Source of the DNA: an uncultured Gaiellales bacterium
GTDB taxonomy: Bacteria; Actinomycetota; Thermoleophilia; Gaiellales; JALYLC01
Reading direction: 5' to 3'
Length of the DNA: 47,481 bases
NCBI GenBank assembly: GCA_964651695.1
Contig: CAZYYP010000002.1
Location: 14,575 to 62,055, forward strand
Shown here in pieces: positions 8,384 through 16,742 of this stretch (the first letter of the stretch is position 1; the number at the start of each line of letters is the position of its first letter). The notes under the pieces were generated by a model that was not told the origin of the DNA, searched no databases, and saw nothing but the letters and a program-made list of their open reading frames with translations. Both the position numbers and the translations under genes were made by a program.

Positions 8384-9856
8384 ATGGGCTTGGCAGAAGA
8401 GCTCGACCGCGCAGCGGTCGTCGATGCCGACGGCGTCCTCGATGGCGCTGCCCTGCGCCGTGCGGCGCGTGCGTTCGCGACCGCGCTGACGGCGGCAGGG
8501 GTGGGCGATGGCGGCGTCGTCGGCCTCGCGCTCGGGTCCGCGCGCGCGCTCGTTCCCGCGCTCGCTGCGGCCTGGGAGATCGGTGCGACGGTCGTCCTCG
8601 TGCCGCCGGGACTCGGCGGCGCCGAGCTCGCGGCAGTCGCGCACGGACTGGCGCCGCGCCTGATCGTGGCGGAGGCGGCGCATGCGGCGCGCATCGCGGG
8701 TGCGACGGGCGGCACGCCGGCTGCGCTTCAGATCGACGGCGAGCCGTCGCTCGCGCTCGTCGCGCGCGACGGCGAGGAGCGGTCGGCGGCGCTCGCGGGG
8801 GCGGCGCTCGTGAAGCTCTCGTCCGGGTCGACCGGAGCGCCCAAGGCGGTCGTCCTGACGCACGCCAACGTGGCTGCGGAGTCGGCCGGCATCGTCGCCG
8901 CGCTCGGACTCCGGCCCGGCGATCGCGTGACCTCCCCGGTGCCCCTGACGCACTCCTACGGCTTCGACCTGGGCGTCCTCGCGGTGCTTGCGAGCGGCGC
9001 CGTCCTCGAGCAGCGGCCGGCCCTGTCGCCGCGGCGGGCGCTCGCCGACATGGCCGCCGCAACGGTCTACCTGGGCGTCCCGGCGATCTACCGCGTCGCG
9101 GCCGATGCGCCCGTCTCGGCGCCGCCGGAGCTGAGCGGCGCCCGCTACCTGCTGTCGTGCACGGCGCCGCTCCCGGCCGACCTGATCCGTCGCTTCGCAG
9201 CGCGCTTCGGCGCTCCGATCTGCCAGCACTACGGCTCGTCCGAGACCGGGGCGGTCGCGAATCACTCGCCCGAGCGGGTGCTCGAACACCCCGATTCGGT
9301 CGGCCGGGCGATCGCAGGCGTGGCGGTGCACGTCGACGAGTCCACCGGAGAGCTCGTCGTCCGGGGCCCGGCCGTCGCCGCCGGGTATGCCCTCGGCGCC
9401 CCTGCCGGGCCCTCGCCACTCAGCGGCGGGATGTTCCGCACGGGCGACCTGGCCGAGATCGACGGGGAGGGATTCGTTCGCATCCGCGGGCGCCGCGACT
9501 CCGTCATCAACGTCGGCGGGCTCAAGGTGTCGCCGCAGGAGGTCGCCGAAGCGCTCGAGCGTCACCCGGCGGTGCGGGAGGCCGCCGTCATCGGGCTGCC
9601 CGACGGCCGCGGCGACGACATCGTGGCCGCAGCGGTCGTGCTGGAGCGCCGCGTCGCCAATGCCGACCTGATCGCGCACTGCGGCGGCGAGCTCGCCGAG
9701 TACAAGGTGCCGCGCCGGATCGTCGTCCTGGACGAGCTGCCTGTCGGCCCGACCGGCAAGGTCAGGCTTTCGGCCGAAGACCTGCGCGAAGTCGTCCCGC
9801 GATCCGAGAATCCTGGAAGGGGCATTCGCCACCACCGCCGGGACAGACGGGCCTAA
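8384..9856 (+). CDS. ANL-superfamily adenylating enzyme (AMP-dependent synthetase/ligase)
   Basis: ATG at 8384 within ORF 8027..9856. Core motifs SSGSTGAPK, HYGSSETG, FRTGDLAE, RRDSVINVGGLKVSPQEVE and VGPTGKV are present. Confidence 0.85.
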   Translation: MGLAEELDRAAVVDADGVLDGAALRRAARAFATALTAAGVGDGGVVGLALGSARALVPALAAAWEIGATVVLVPPGLGGAELAAVAHGLAPRLIVAEAAHAARIAGATGGTPAALQIDGEPSLALVARDGEERSAALAGAALVKLSSGSTGAPKAVVLTHANVAAESAGIVAALGLRPGDRVTSPVPLTHSYGFDLGVLAVLASGAVLEQRPALSPRRALADMAAATVYLGVPAIYRVAADAPVSAPPELSGARYLLSCTAPLPADLIRRFAARFGAPICQHYGSSETGAVANHSPERVLEHPDSVGRAIAGVAVHVDESTGELVVRGPAVAAGYALGAPAGPSPLSGGMFRTGDLAEIDGEGFVRIRGRRDSVINVGGLKVSPQEVAEALERHPAVREAAVIGLPDGRGDDIVAAAVVLERRVANADLIAHCGGELAEYKVPRRIVVLDELPVGPTGKVRLSAEDLREVVPRSENPGRGIRHHRRDRRA

Positions 9857-9865
9857 GGTTGGGGA

Positions 9866-10876
9866 ATGGCCGCTCGTTCTCAGTGGCGCTCGGACCCGGA
9901 TGACGCATTGCTCGACGAGGTGGCGCTGATCGTGCGGCAGGCCACGGGTATCGGAAGCGCGCGCGTGCTACCGATCGACGACCCGCTGGGCACGCTCGGA
10001 CTCGACTCCCTGTCGCTCGTCAACGCCGTCGCCGCCGTGGAGGGCGCCTTCGCGCGCGAGCTCCCCGACGAGCTGTGGGAGGATCGCCGCGGCATCTCGA
10101 TCGCGAGCCTCGCGGCGGCCGTGGCCCGGAGCGGGGCGGAGCCGCCGGTCGCCCGGCCGGTCGCGCCCGTCGCCGCGCCCGAGCCCGCGGGTGTCGAGCA
10201 GCCCGGCGTGTCCCGCTTCGAGCGGCTCTTCCATCGGCTCGAGCAGCGCGGCGTGGCCGGCCGGACCGCCGCCCACGCCCTGCATGGGGCGGCCATCGGC
10301 GCGCACTGGACGCACTCGCAGTCGCGCTGCCTCGTCCTCGAACGCGACCTGACCGGCGAGCTGCCGGCGTTCTCCCTGCCCGACGGCGTGACGGTCGCGC
10401 CCTACGACGGCGCCTCGGACGCGCCCCTCGCGGGCATCTGGACCGCGACCCAGGCGCACCGCAGGCGGGCGCACCTGCGGCGCCGCATGCAGAGCGGCAT
10501 CCTCTGTCTCGCCGCCTGGGAGGGCGGGCGCATCGTCGCGTTCGACCTGATCGGGCCGACGGGCGCCGAGGACGTCGCCACGCGGCCCGGAACGTGCTTC
10601 GGCCTCGACCTCTACGAGCGGCGCTCCTCGCGCGGTCGTGGCATCGGCCTCGGCCTGCTCGCCGCATCGCTGCAGTACGCGCGCGACCTCGGCTTCTCGC
10701 GCCAGGCCACGATCGTCCTCGAGCGCAACCGGCCGATGATCGCCGCGGCCACGCAGATGCTCGGCTTCAGCGTCGCCGGTCACGCCGAGCGCACCGCGCG
10801 CCTCGGCCGCGTCACGTGGACGTGGCGCCTGCACGGGTCGACCTGCAGCGGCCCGAAGCTCTTCATCCAGAAATAA
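9866..10876 (+). CDS. Carrier-protein (phosphopantetheine-attachment) domain fused to a GNAT acyltransferase domain
   Basis: AAGGTTGGGGA lies upstream of the ATG. The N-terminal ~90 aa carry LGTLGLDSLSLVNAV (Ser48 codon at 10007-10009). A Pro/Ala linker follows. The C-terminal domain has the GNAT motif A, RGRGIGLGLL. Confidence 0.75.
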   Translation: MAARSQWRSDPDDALLDEVALIVRQATGIGSARVLPIDDPLGTLGLDSLSLVNAVAAVEGAFARELPDELWEDRRGISIASLAAAVARSGAEPPVARPVAPVAAPEPAGVEQPGVSRFERLFHRLEQRGVAGRTAAHALHGAAIGAHWTHSQSRCLVLERDLTGELPAFSLPDGVTVAPYDGASDAPLAGIWTATQAHRRRAHLRRRMQSGILCLAAWEGGRIVAFDLIGPTGAEDVATRPGTCFGLDLYERRSSRGRGIGLGLLAASLQYARDLGFSRQATIVLERNRPMIAAATQMLGFSVAGHAERTARLGRVTWTWRLHGSTCSGPKLFIQK

Positions 10877-10915
10877 TCGCTGCAGGTCCGGGACGGCGGT
10901 AAGGTGCCGATTGGC

Positions 10916-11566
10916 ATGCGCAGGCCCTCTCCCGCCATCGTCGTCGCCACCCTTGCGCTGGTGCTCGCGGCCGTGCCCGTCGGCTCGGCGGCGGATGGGT
11001 GGGTCAAGCAGGCCCTGTACGCGCGCAACGCCGGTTCCGTCGACGGCTTCAGCGCGACGAAGTCGCCGCACAAGGGGCACCTGGTCGTCCTTCCGGCCTC
11101 CGGCAAGCTCCCGGCCTCGATCCTGCCGGCCGCGAGCGCCGGCTCGTCCTCCGGTGGAGGAGCCGCCGGCGCGGCCGTGTCCTCGAGTTCCTCCTCCGAC
11201 GGCTCGGGCGGATCGGCCTCCGAGGCCTCGGCCCCCGCTGCCGTCACCCTCACGAGTGCCCAGACCAGCGTGGTCACGCTCTCGCTCAAGGCGGGCTCGT
11301 ACGCGATCGTGGCCAAGGCCAGCCTGCACGCCACGCTCGACACCAGCTCGCCGGGTGTCACCTGTCTGCTCAAGGCGGGCAGCGACGGCGATCAGGTCGA
11401 CAGCGACCTCTCGGCGAGCTCGGACGATCCGGTCGCGCTCGTCACGACGCACACGTTCGGCGCCGCCGGCAACGTCACGCTCACCTGCGCGGCCGATGAC
11501 ACCGGCGTGGTCGTGAGCGATGCGCACATCATCGCGCTGAAGGTCGCTTCGATCAGCTCGAGCTGA
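10916..11566 (+). CDS. Secreted protein with a Ser/Gly/Ala-rich linker
   Basis: Signal peptide MRRPSPAIVVATLALVLAAVPVGSAADG, using ATG 10916 (GTG 10904 is the alternative). A low-complexity SSGGGAAGAAVSSSSSSDGSGGSASEAS segment is followed by a beta-rich C-terminal domain. Confidence 0.6.
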   Translation: MRRPSPAIVVATLALVLAAVPVGSAADGWVKQALYARNAGSVDGFSATKSPHKGHLVVLPASGKLPASILPAASAGSSSGGGAAGAAVSSSSSSDGSGGSASEASAPAAVTLTSAQTSVVTLSLKAGSYAIVAKASLHATLDTSSPGVTCLLKAGSDGDQVDSDLSASSDDPVALVTTHTFGAAGNVTLTCAADDTGVVVSDAHIIALKVASISSS

Positions 11567-11585
11567 TCGATCCCGGCGGACCGGG

Positions 11586-13640
11586 TCAGGCCGCGAGTCC
11601 GTCCGCGGGTGGCACGTGCCGGGTGCGCCGTGCCGCGCGCACGACGGTCAGCAGGGTCGCTGCAACCTTCGGGTCGAGCTGGGTCCCGGCGGTCGCGAGG
11701 AGCTCCGCGCAGGCCGAGTCGAAGTCGAGGGCACGGCGGTAGACACGGTCGTGCGTCATCGCGTTCCACGTGTCCGCCGCCGCGACGATGCGCGCCTCGA
11801 TCGGGATGTCGGCGCCGGCGAGTCCGTCGGGATAGCCGTCACCGTCCCAGCGCTCGTGATGGTGGCGGACGGCGCCCGCGCTCTCGGCGATGCCGGGCGT
11901 GCGGGCGACGAGATCGGCGCCGAACGCCGCGTGCGTCATCATCACGCGCCGCTCCCCGTCGTCGAGCGGGCCGGGCTTCGCGAGCACGCGATCCGGGATC
12001 GCGACCTTGCCGACGTCGTGCAGCCAGCCGGCGAGGCGGCACCGCAGCACGGTCGCCGAGGGCAGGTCGAGCGCGACGGCGAGCTGCCCGGCGAGCTCGG
12101 CGACCTCGCTGGAGTGCGGCTCGCCGATGCCCTCGCGGATCCCCGCGATCTGCGCGAAGCTCTGCGCCACGAGCAAGGCCTCGGATCGCTCCTCCGCCGC
12201 TGCCGGGGACGTGTCGCGTGCGAGCAGCGTGCGGTCGCGGCCGCCCTGCTTCGCGGCGAGCATGGCGGCGTCGGCCTCGTGGAACAGCTCGTCGACGTCG
12301 CGCCCGCCGCTCGAGAGGACGCCGCCGCACGAGATGGTCGTCGCGATGGCGCCGCTCCAGGTCGGAACCTTCCGGGAGCGCACTGCGCGGCGGACGTCCT
12401 CGGCGATCGAGCGCAGCGCCGCCTCGTCGCGGACGCCCGGCAGCAGCACGGTGAACTCCTCGCCGCCCCAGCGCCCGAGAATCGCTCCGCCCGGGCACGC
12501 CTCCCGCAAGCGCCCGACGACGCCGATGAGCACGTCGTCGCCCGCGCGGTGGCCATAGGTGTCGTTCGTGCGCTTGAAGTGATCGATGTCGAGCACGATC
12601 AGACCGAACGGCGCCGACGGCGCCAGCGCGACCGCCGCGTCGAGTGAGCGGGCGAAGCTGCGGCGGTTGGCGAGGCCGGTCAGCGCGTCGGTGCCGGACG
12701 CGCGCTCTGCGACGAGCCGGGCCTCGTCGAGCTCCGCGTTGGCAATCTCTGCGCTCGCGAGAGCGGATGCCATGCCGTCCTGCGCCTGCCGCAGCTGCGT
12801 GATGTCGGAGACGATGCCCTCGGCGATGACGTCGTCGTTGGCCTCGCGCCGGCAGGTCCAGGTGTCGCGGAGCCAGCGCAGATCGCCGCTCGCGTCACGG
12901 ATCCGGTATTCGCATGTGCCGGCGACTCCTGCCGCCTGGTCGGCCAGGACGTCGGCCGCCGCGCTGCGGTCGTCGGGGTGCACCGAGCGCACCCACTCCT
13001 CCTCGGGCGTCAATCCGCTCGGGGCCTGATGCAGGAACGTCGCCTGCGGGATCGACTCGAAGTCGATGGAGGCGTCTCCCTCGGCCGGGAACCGCCAGGC
13101 GTAGATGTACTCGTCGAGGGCGCGCAGCACCGAGTCGAGCCGCTCGCGCGTCACGTGCAAGGCAGCCTCGAGCTCGTCGACGGCGCTGGACTGCGCGCGC
13201 TGCTCGGTGATCTCGATGACGACGCCGTCGACCCAGACGCTGCCGTCGGGCTGCGGGCGCGCGCGCGAGCACTCGCGGATCCAGCGGACATGCCCGTCGA
13301 TCGCCTGGATCCGGTACTCCATCTGGCACGACTCGCCGCGGCGCTGCTGCGCCATGCCCCTCGCATAGCGCGCACGGTCGGCGACGACGACGCGGCTCTC
13401 CCAGAACGCGCCCCCGTCCATCCCCTCCGGGAACGGGCCGCCCAGCAAGACGTTGATGCCCGGGCCGCTGTAAGGCGCCTGCCAGCTCCCGTCGGGCAGG
13501 AACACCCCCGAGAACGGCACGACGCCGACGCTCTCGAGCGCGCCGAGAAAGCGCTCCAGCGCACCGGGCGCGTTGAGGTCGGGGTGCAGCGGCCGGGTGC
13601 TCGGATGCGCGTCGGCGGTGGGAGGCTCGGGTGGGACCAT
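11586..13640 (-). CDS. PAS-PAS-GGDEF-HD-GYP signalling protein (c-di-GMP synthesis plus hydrolysis domains)
   Basis: ATG at 13638-13640 inside ORF 11586..14528. Two PAS-like segments (YRIQAIDGHVRWI and YRIRDASGDLRWL), a GGDEF domain (RWGGEEFTVLL) and an HD-GYP domain (WLHDVGK, HHERWDGDGYP). Confidence 0.85.
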   Translation of the reverse strand: MVPPEPPTADAHPSTRPLHPDLNAPGALERFLGALESVGVVPFSGVFLPDGSWQAPYSGPGINVLLGGPFPEGMDGGAFWESRVVVADRARYARGMAQQRRGESCQMEYRIQAIDGHVRWIRECSRARPQPDGSVWVDGVVIEITEQRAQSSAVDELEAALHVTRERLDSVLRALDEYIYAWRFPAEGDASIDFESIPQATFLHQAPSGLTPEEEWVRSVHPDDRSAAADVLADQAAGVAGTCEYRIRDASGDLRWLRDTWTCRREANDDVIAEGIVSDITQLRQAQDGMASALASAEIANAELDEARLVAERASGTDALTGLANRRSFARSLDAAVALAPSAPFGLIVLDIDHFKRTNDTYGHRAGDDVLIGVVGRLREACPGGAILGRWGGEEFTVLLPGVRDEAALRSIAEDVRRAVRSRKVPTWSGAIATTISCGGVLSSGGRDVDELFHEADAAMLAAKQGGRDRTLLARDTSPAAAEERSEALLVAQSFAQIAGIREGIGEPHSSEVAELAGQLAVALDLPSATVLRCRLAGWLHDVGKVAIPDRVLAKPGPLDDGERRVMMTHAAFGADLVARTPGIAESAGAVRHHHERWDGDGYPDGLAGADIPIEARIVAAADTWNAMTHDRVYRRALDFDSACAELLATAGTQLDPKVAATLLTVVRAARRTRHVPPADGLAA

Positions 13641-13784
13641 CCTTGTGCCTATCGGCACCTTAGACGGCTGAGTGAGGACTTCGCGGTCTGCGCGGCGTGC
13701 GTCCCTGGTGCGGCTGGCCCCACCACAGGACACAGGCGCCCCGCACGCAGCCGTCCCGTCCGGGGCGGCAATCTCCAGAGCGAG

Positions 13785-14819
13785 ATGTCCGCCGTCCCCG
13801 CCCTCCCCAGCCTCGAACCCGCTCGCCGCCTCGCGGCCCTGGCGCATTCGCGCTTCCTCGGCGCTGTCGCCGGCACAGCCGCCGTGGTTGCGATCGGCGC
13901 GCTGCTCGCGCGCCGCGTCGATCTCTCGTCCCTCTCGGGCGCCGACATCGCATGGAGCTGGATCGCAGCCTCGCTGCTGCTGAACCTGGCCTCGATCGCG
14001 GGCAAGGCGATCGTCTGGAAGGCGGCACTCGATGCGCTGCCCGGACACCGGCCCGTGCGCTCTGCGCACATCGTGCCGCCGGTCTTCATCGGCTTCCTGC
14101 TCAACACGGTGCTGTTCGCCCGCATCGGCGAGCTCGCACGCGTCGCGATCCTCGCGCGGCGGCAGCGGCTCGCCGGCGAGAGCATTCCGGCGACGACGAT
14201 CGCCGGGACGGCGCTCGCCGAGCAACTCGTGCTCGGGGCGGCGCTCGCCCTCACCGTCGCCGCCCTCGCGCCGGTGCTGCATCTGCCGCATCTGGTCTGG
14301 CAGCTCGTGGGCGTGTTCGCCCTCGTCCTCGTGGCCGCCTCCGGGGCGGCGATGCTCGTGCTGCGCAGCGTCCGCGGGCGCCTCGCGGGGCTGCTCTCCG
14401 GTCTCGCGCGCGGTCAGGCGCTCTTCGCCCGCCCGCGCGCGACCGCTCTCGCGCTGGTCGCCGGCACGGCCTCCTGGGCGGCGCAGATCGCCGGCATCTG
14501 GGCGGCGCTCGAGGCCTTCCACATCCACGTCGGCCTCGCGGGCGCCGGACTCGTGTTCGTCTCGTCCACCATCGTCCAGCTCTTCCCCTTCTGGCCGGGC
14601 AACCTCGGCATCTTCCAGCTCGGAGTCGCCGGCCCGCTCGTCAGCGCCTATGCCGTATCGACGGCGAACGCGGTCGCCTTCAGCGTCGGTCTGCAGCTTG
14701 TCGAGGGAGTGCTCGGCGTCGGCCTCGGGCTCGTCTTCCTGGCCCGCGAGGGTCTGTCCCTGAGCGGCGCGCGCCGGCTCGCATCGGCAGCGGAGTGCGG
14801 CGCACCCGCACTCCGCTGA
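13785..14819 (+). CDS. Lysylphosphatidylglycerol-synthase TM-region (flippase-like, UPF0104) membrane protein
   Basis: ATG at 13785 in ORF 12978..14819. About 344 aa, polytopic, with family-typical features (KAIVWKAAL, FLLNTVLFARIGELARV, FPFWPGNLGIFQLG). Confidence 0.7.
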   Translation: MSAVPALPSLEPARRLAALAHSRFLGAVAGTAAVVAIGALLARRVDLSSLSGADIAWSWIAASLLLNLASIAGKAIVWKAALDALPGHRPVRSAHIVPPVFIGFLLNTVLFARIGELARVAILARRQRLAGESIPATTIAGTALAEQLVLGAALALTVAALAPVLHLPHLVWQLVGVFALVLVAASGAAMLVLRSVRGRLAGLLSGLARGQALFARPRATALALVAGTASWAAQIAGIWAALEAFHIHVGLAGAGLVFVSSTIVQLFPFWPGNLGIFQLGVAGPLVSAYAVSTANAVAFSVGLQLVEGVLGVGLGLVFLAREGLSLSGARRLASAAECGAPALR

Positions 14820-14829
14820 CAGCGGCTTC

Positions 14830-15384
14830 TCAGCGAGGGTGGGGCCCTTCGGCGAGCTCCTCGACGAGCTTGGCGCAGAAGGCCGGGAGATCGCCCGGGT
14901 TGCGGCTCGTCACGAGACCGCGGTCGACGACGACCTCGTGATCGACCCACTCGCCCCCGGCGTTGCGGATGTCGGTCTGCAGGCTCGGCCACGACGTCAG
15001 CGTGCGGCCGCGCACGACGTCGGCCTCGACGAGCATCCACGGCCCGTGGCAGATGACGCCCATCGGCTTGTTCTCGCTGAAGAACGCCTGCACGAAGGCG
15101 ACCGCGCGGTCGTCGGTGCGCAGGCGATCGGGGTTTGCGACCCCGCCGGGTAGGACGAGCCCGTCGTAGTCCGCGGCGTCGACCTCGTCGAGGGCGTGGT
15201 CGACTGCGAACGCGTCGCCCTTGTCGTCGTGCTTCATCCCCTGGATGTGACCCGTCTCGAGCGAGATCAGCTCGGGATCGGCGCCGGCCGCCTGGACGGC
15301 TTTCCACGGTTCGGTCAGCTCGACCTGTTCGACACCGTCGGTGGCCAGGAATGCGATGCGGCGCCCCTGCAGATTGGCTGGCAT
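14830..15384 (-). CDS. DJ-1/PfpI-family protein
   Basis: ATG at 15382-15384 with AGGAG upstream. Sequence RIAFLATDGVEQVELTEP...YDGLVLPGG...PMGVICHGPW has the nucleophile-elbow Cys-His motif. Confidence 0.9.
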   Translation of the reverse strand: MPANLQGRRIAFLATDGVEQVELTEPWKAVQAAGADPELISLETGHIQGMKHDDKGDAFAVDHALDEVDAADYDGLVLPGGVANPDRLRTDDRAVAFVQAFFSENKPMGVICHGPWMLVEADVVRGRTLTSWPSLQTDIRNAGGEWVDHEVVVDRGLVTSRNPGDLPAFCAKLVEELAEGPHPR

Positions 15385-15534
15385 TGGGTATTGACTCCTC
15401 GTGGTTGCGTGCGGTCTCGAGCGGAGATGTCGCAGGCCTTGCGGCGCGAAACCTCCCGCCCGTCCTCGGTCGAGCGCCCGCGCTCGCCCAGGACGACCCG
15501 CGCGGACGCCGATCGCCCGCACGCGATCTCGGCT

Positions 15535-16719
15535 CTACGGCAACGGCCCGCCCGCCAGCGCGACGACCACGCCCACCGCACCGGCGCACAGGAGGGTCTC
15601 GACGACCCCTCGCCGCAGCACGAGCAGCGCCACCGCCGCGACGGCCAGCAGCGCGACCTGCCACGCCTCGTCGAGTGCGACGGCGAGCGGCACGGCTGCT
15701 CCCAGGATCGCCCCGATCGCCGCCGGCCCCGCGCCTTCCAGGAATGCGCGTGCACGTGCGCTCGAGCGGAGGCGCTGGAACCGCCCGCCCCCCAGCAGGA
15801 TGAAGGAGAACGACGGCACGAAGGCAACCGCCGCAGCGAGCAGCCCGCCGACGACGCCGTGCGCCGCATACCCCACGGCTGCGATCGTTGCGACGACGGG
15901 GCCCGGCGTGATCTGGCCCAGCGCGACCGCATTGGCGAACTCGGCGGCGGTCATCCAGTGGTAGGCATGGACGGCGTCGCTCTGCATCAGCGGGATGATC
16001 ACGAAGCCGCCGCCGTAGGAGAGCGCGCCGACCTTGAAGGCCGTCCAGCACAGCGCGCCCAGCCCGCCGGTGGCGACGGCGCCGGGAGCCAGTGCGGCCA
16101 GCAGCCCGGGATGCATGCCGGCTGCCACCGTGCCTCTGAGCTGCACGGCGAGCTCGATCAGCCCGCTGGCGAGCAACACGAGTACGAGGTAGGGGCCGGC
16201 GAACGTGGCCGCGGCTGCTGCCGCGGCGAGATAGCCGGCCCAGCGGAGCGTGCGCGCGCGGTCGTCGCGCACGCGCAGATAGCTCGGCACGAGCAGTGAT
16301 CGACCCGCCTGCAGCACGACGGCTGCCACTGCGGCGCCGGCGCCCGCTCCCGCTCCGCGGACCCAGAGCGGCGGGGCGTGCCCGAAGAAGAGCGCGGAGA
16401 GGGCGAGGACGAGCACGACGGCCGGGAGCACGAATCCGAGGCCGCCGACGACAGCGGCGAGTGGGCCGCCGACGCGGTAGGCGCAGAAGATCGCGAGCTG
16501 GGTCGAGGCCGGCCCGGGCAGGAGCCCACAGGCTGCGTTCGCATCCTCGAACTCCTGCGCGTCCATCCAGCGCCTGCGGTCGACGACGAGGCGACGCAGC
16601 AGCAGGACGTGTGCCGGCGGCCCGCCGAATCCGGTCACGCCGATGCGCGTCCACTCGCGCGCGACCGTCGCGAGCGGCACGCCGGCGGCGTCCGGCCCCT
16701 CGCTCGGCTGATCCGTCAC
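15535..16719 (-). CDS. chrA: Chromate transporter
   Basis: GTG at 16717-16719, 21 nt downstream of the preceding gene's stop. Duplicated CHR domains: FGGPPAHVLLLRRLVVDRRRWMDAQEF...LPGPASTQ and YGGGFVIIPLM...ITPGPV. Confidence 0.85.
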   Translation of the reverse strand: MTDQPSEGPDAAGVPLATVAREWTRIGVTGFGGPPAHVLLLRRLVVDRRRWMDAQEFEDANAACGLLPGPASTQLAIFCAYRVGGPLAAVVGGLGFVLPAVVLVLALSALFFGHAPPLWVRGAGAGAGAAVAAVVLQAGRSLLVPSYLRVRDDRARTLRWAGYLAAAAAAATFAGPYLVLVLLASGLIELAVQLRGTVAAGMHPGLLAALAPGAVATGGLGALCWTAFKVGALSYGGGFVIIPLMQSDAVHAYHWMTAAEFANAVALGQITPGPVVATIAAVGYAAHGVVGGLLAAAVAFVPSFSFILLGGGRFQRLRSSARARAFLEGAGPAAIGAILGAAVPLAVALDEAWQVALLAVAAVALLVLRRGVVETLLCAGAVGVVVALAGGPLP

Positions 16720-16742
16720 GGACGCGGAGGTCTCGCCGTCGG

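Noticed and set aside
6458-9835. 1125-aa ORF on the minus strand, the longest in the window
   Set aside because: Only its last 223 codons (the response regulator, 6458-7129) look like protein. The rest is Arg/Ala/Gly/Pro-rich and runs out of frame through the histidine kinase gene and antisense to the well-supported adenylating enzyme. This is typical of spurious ORFs in very GC-rich DNA.
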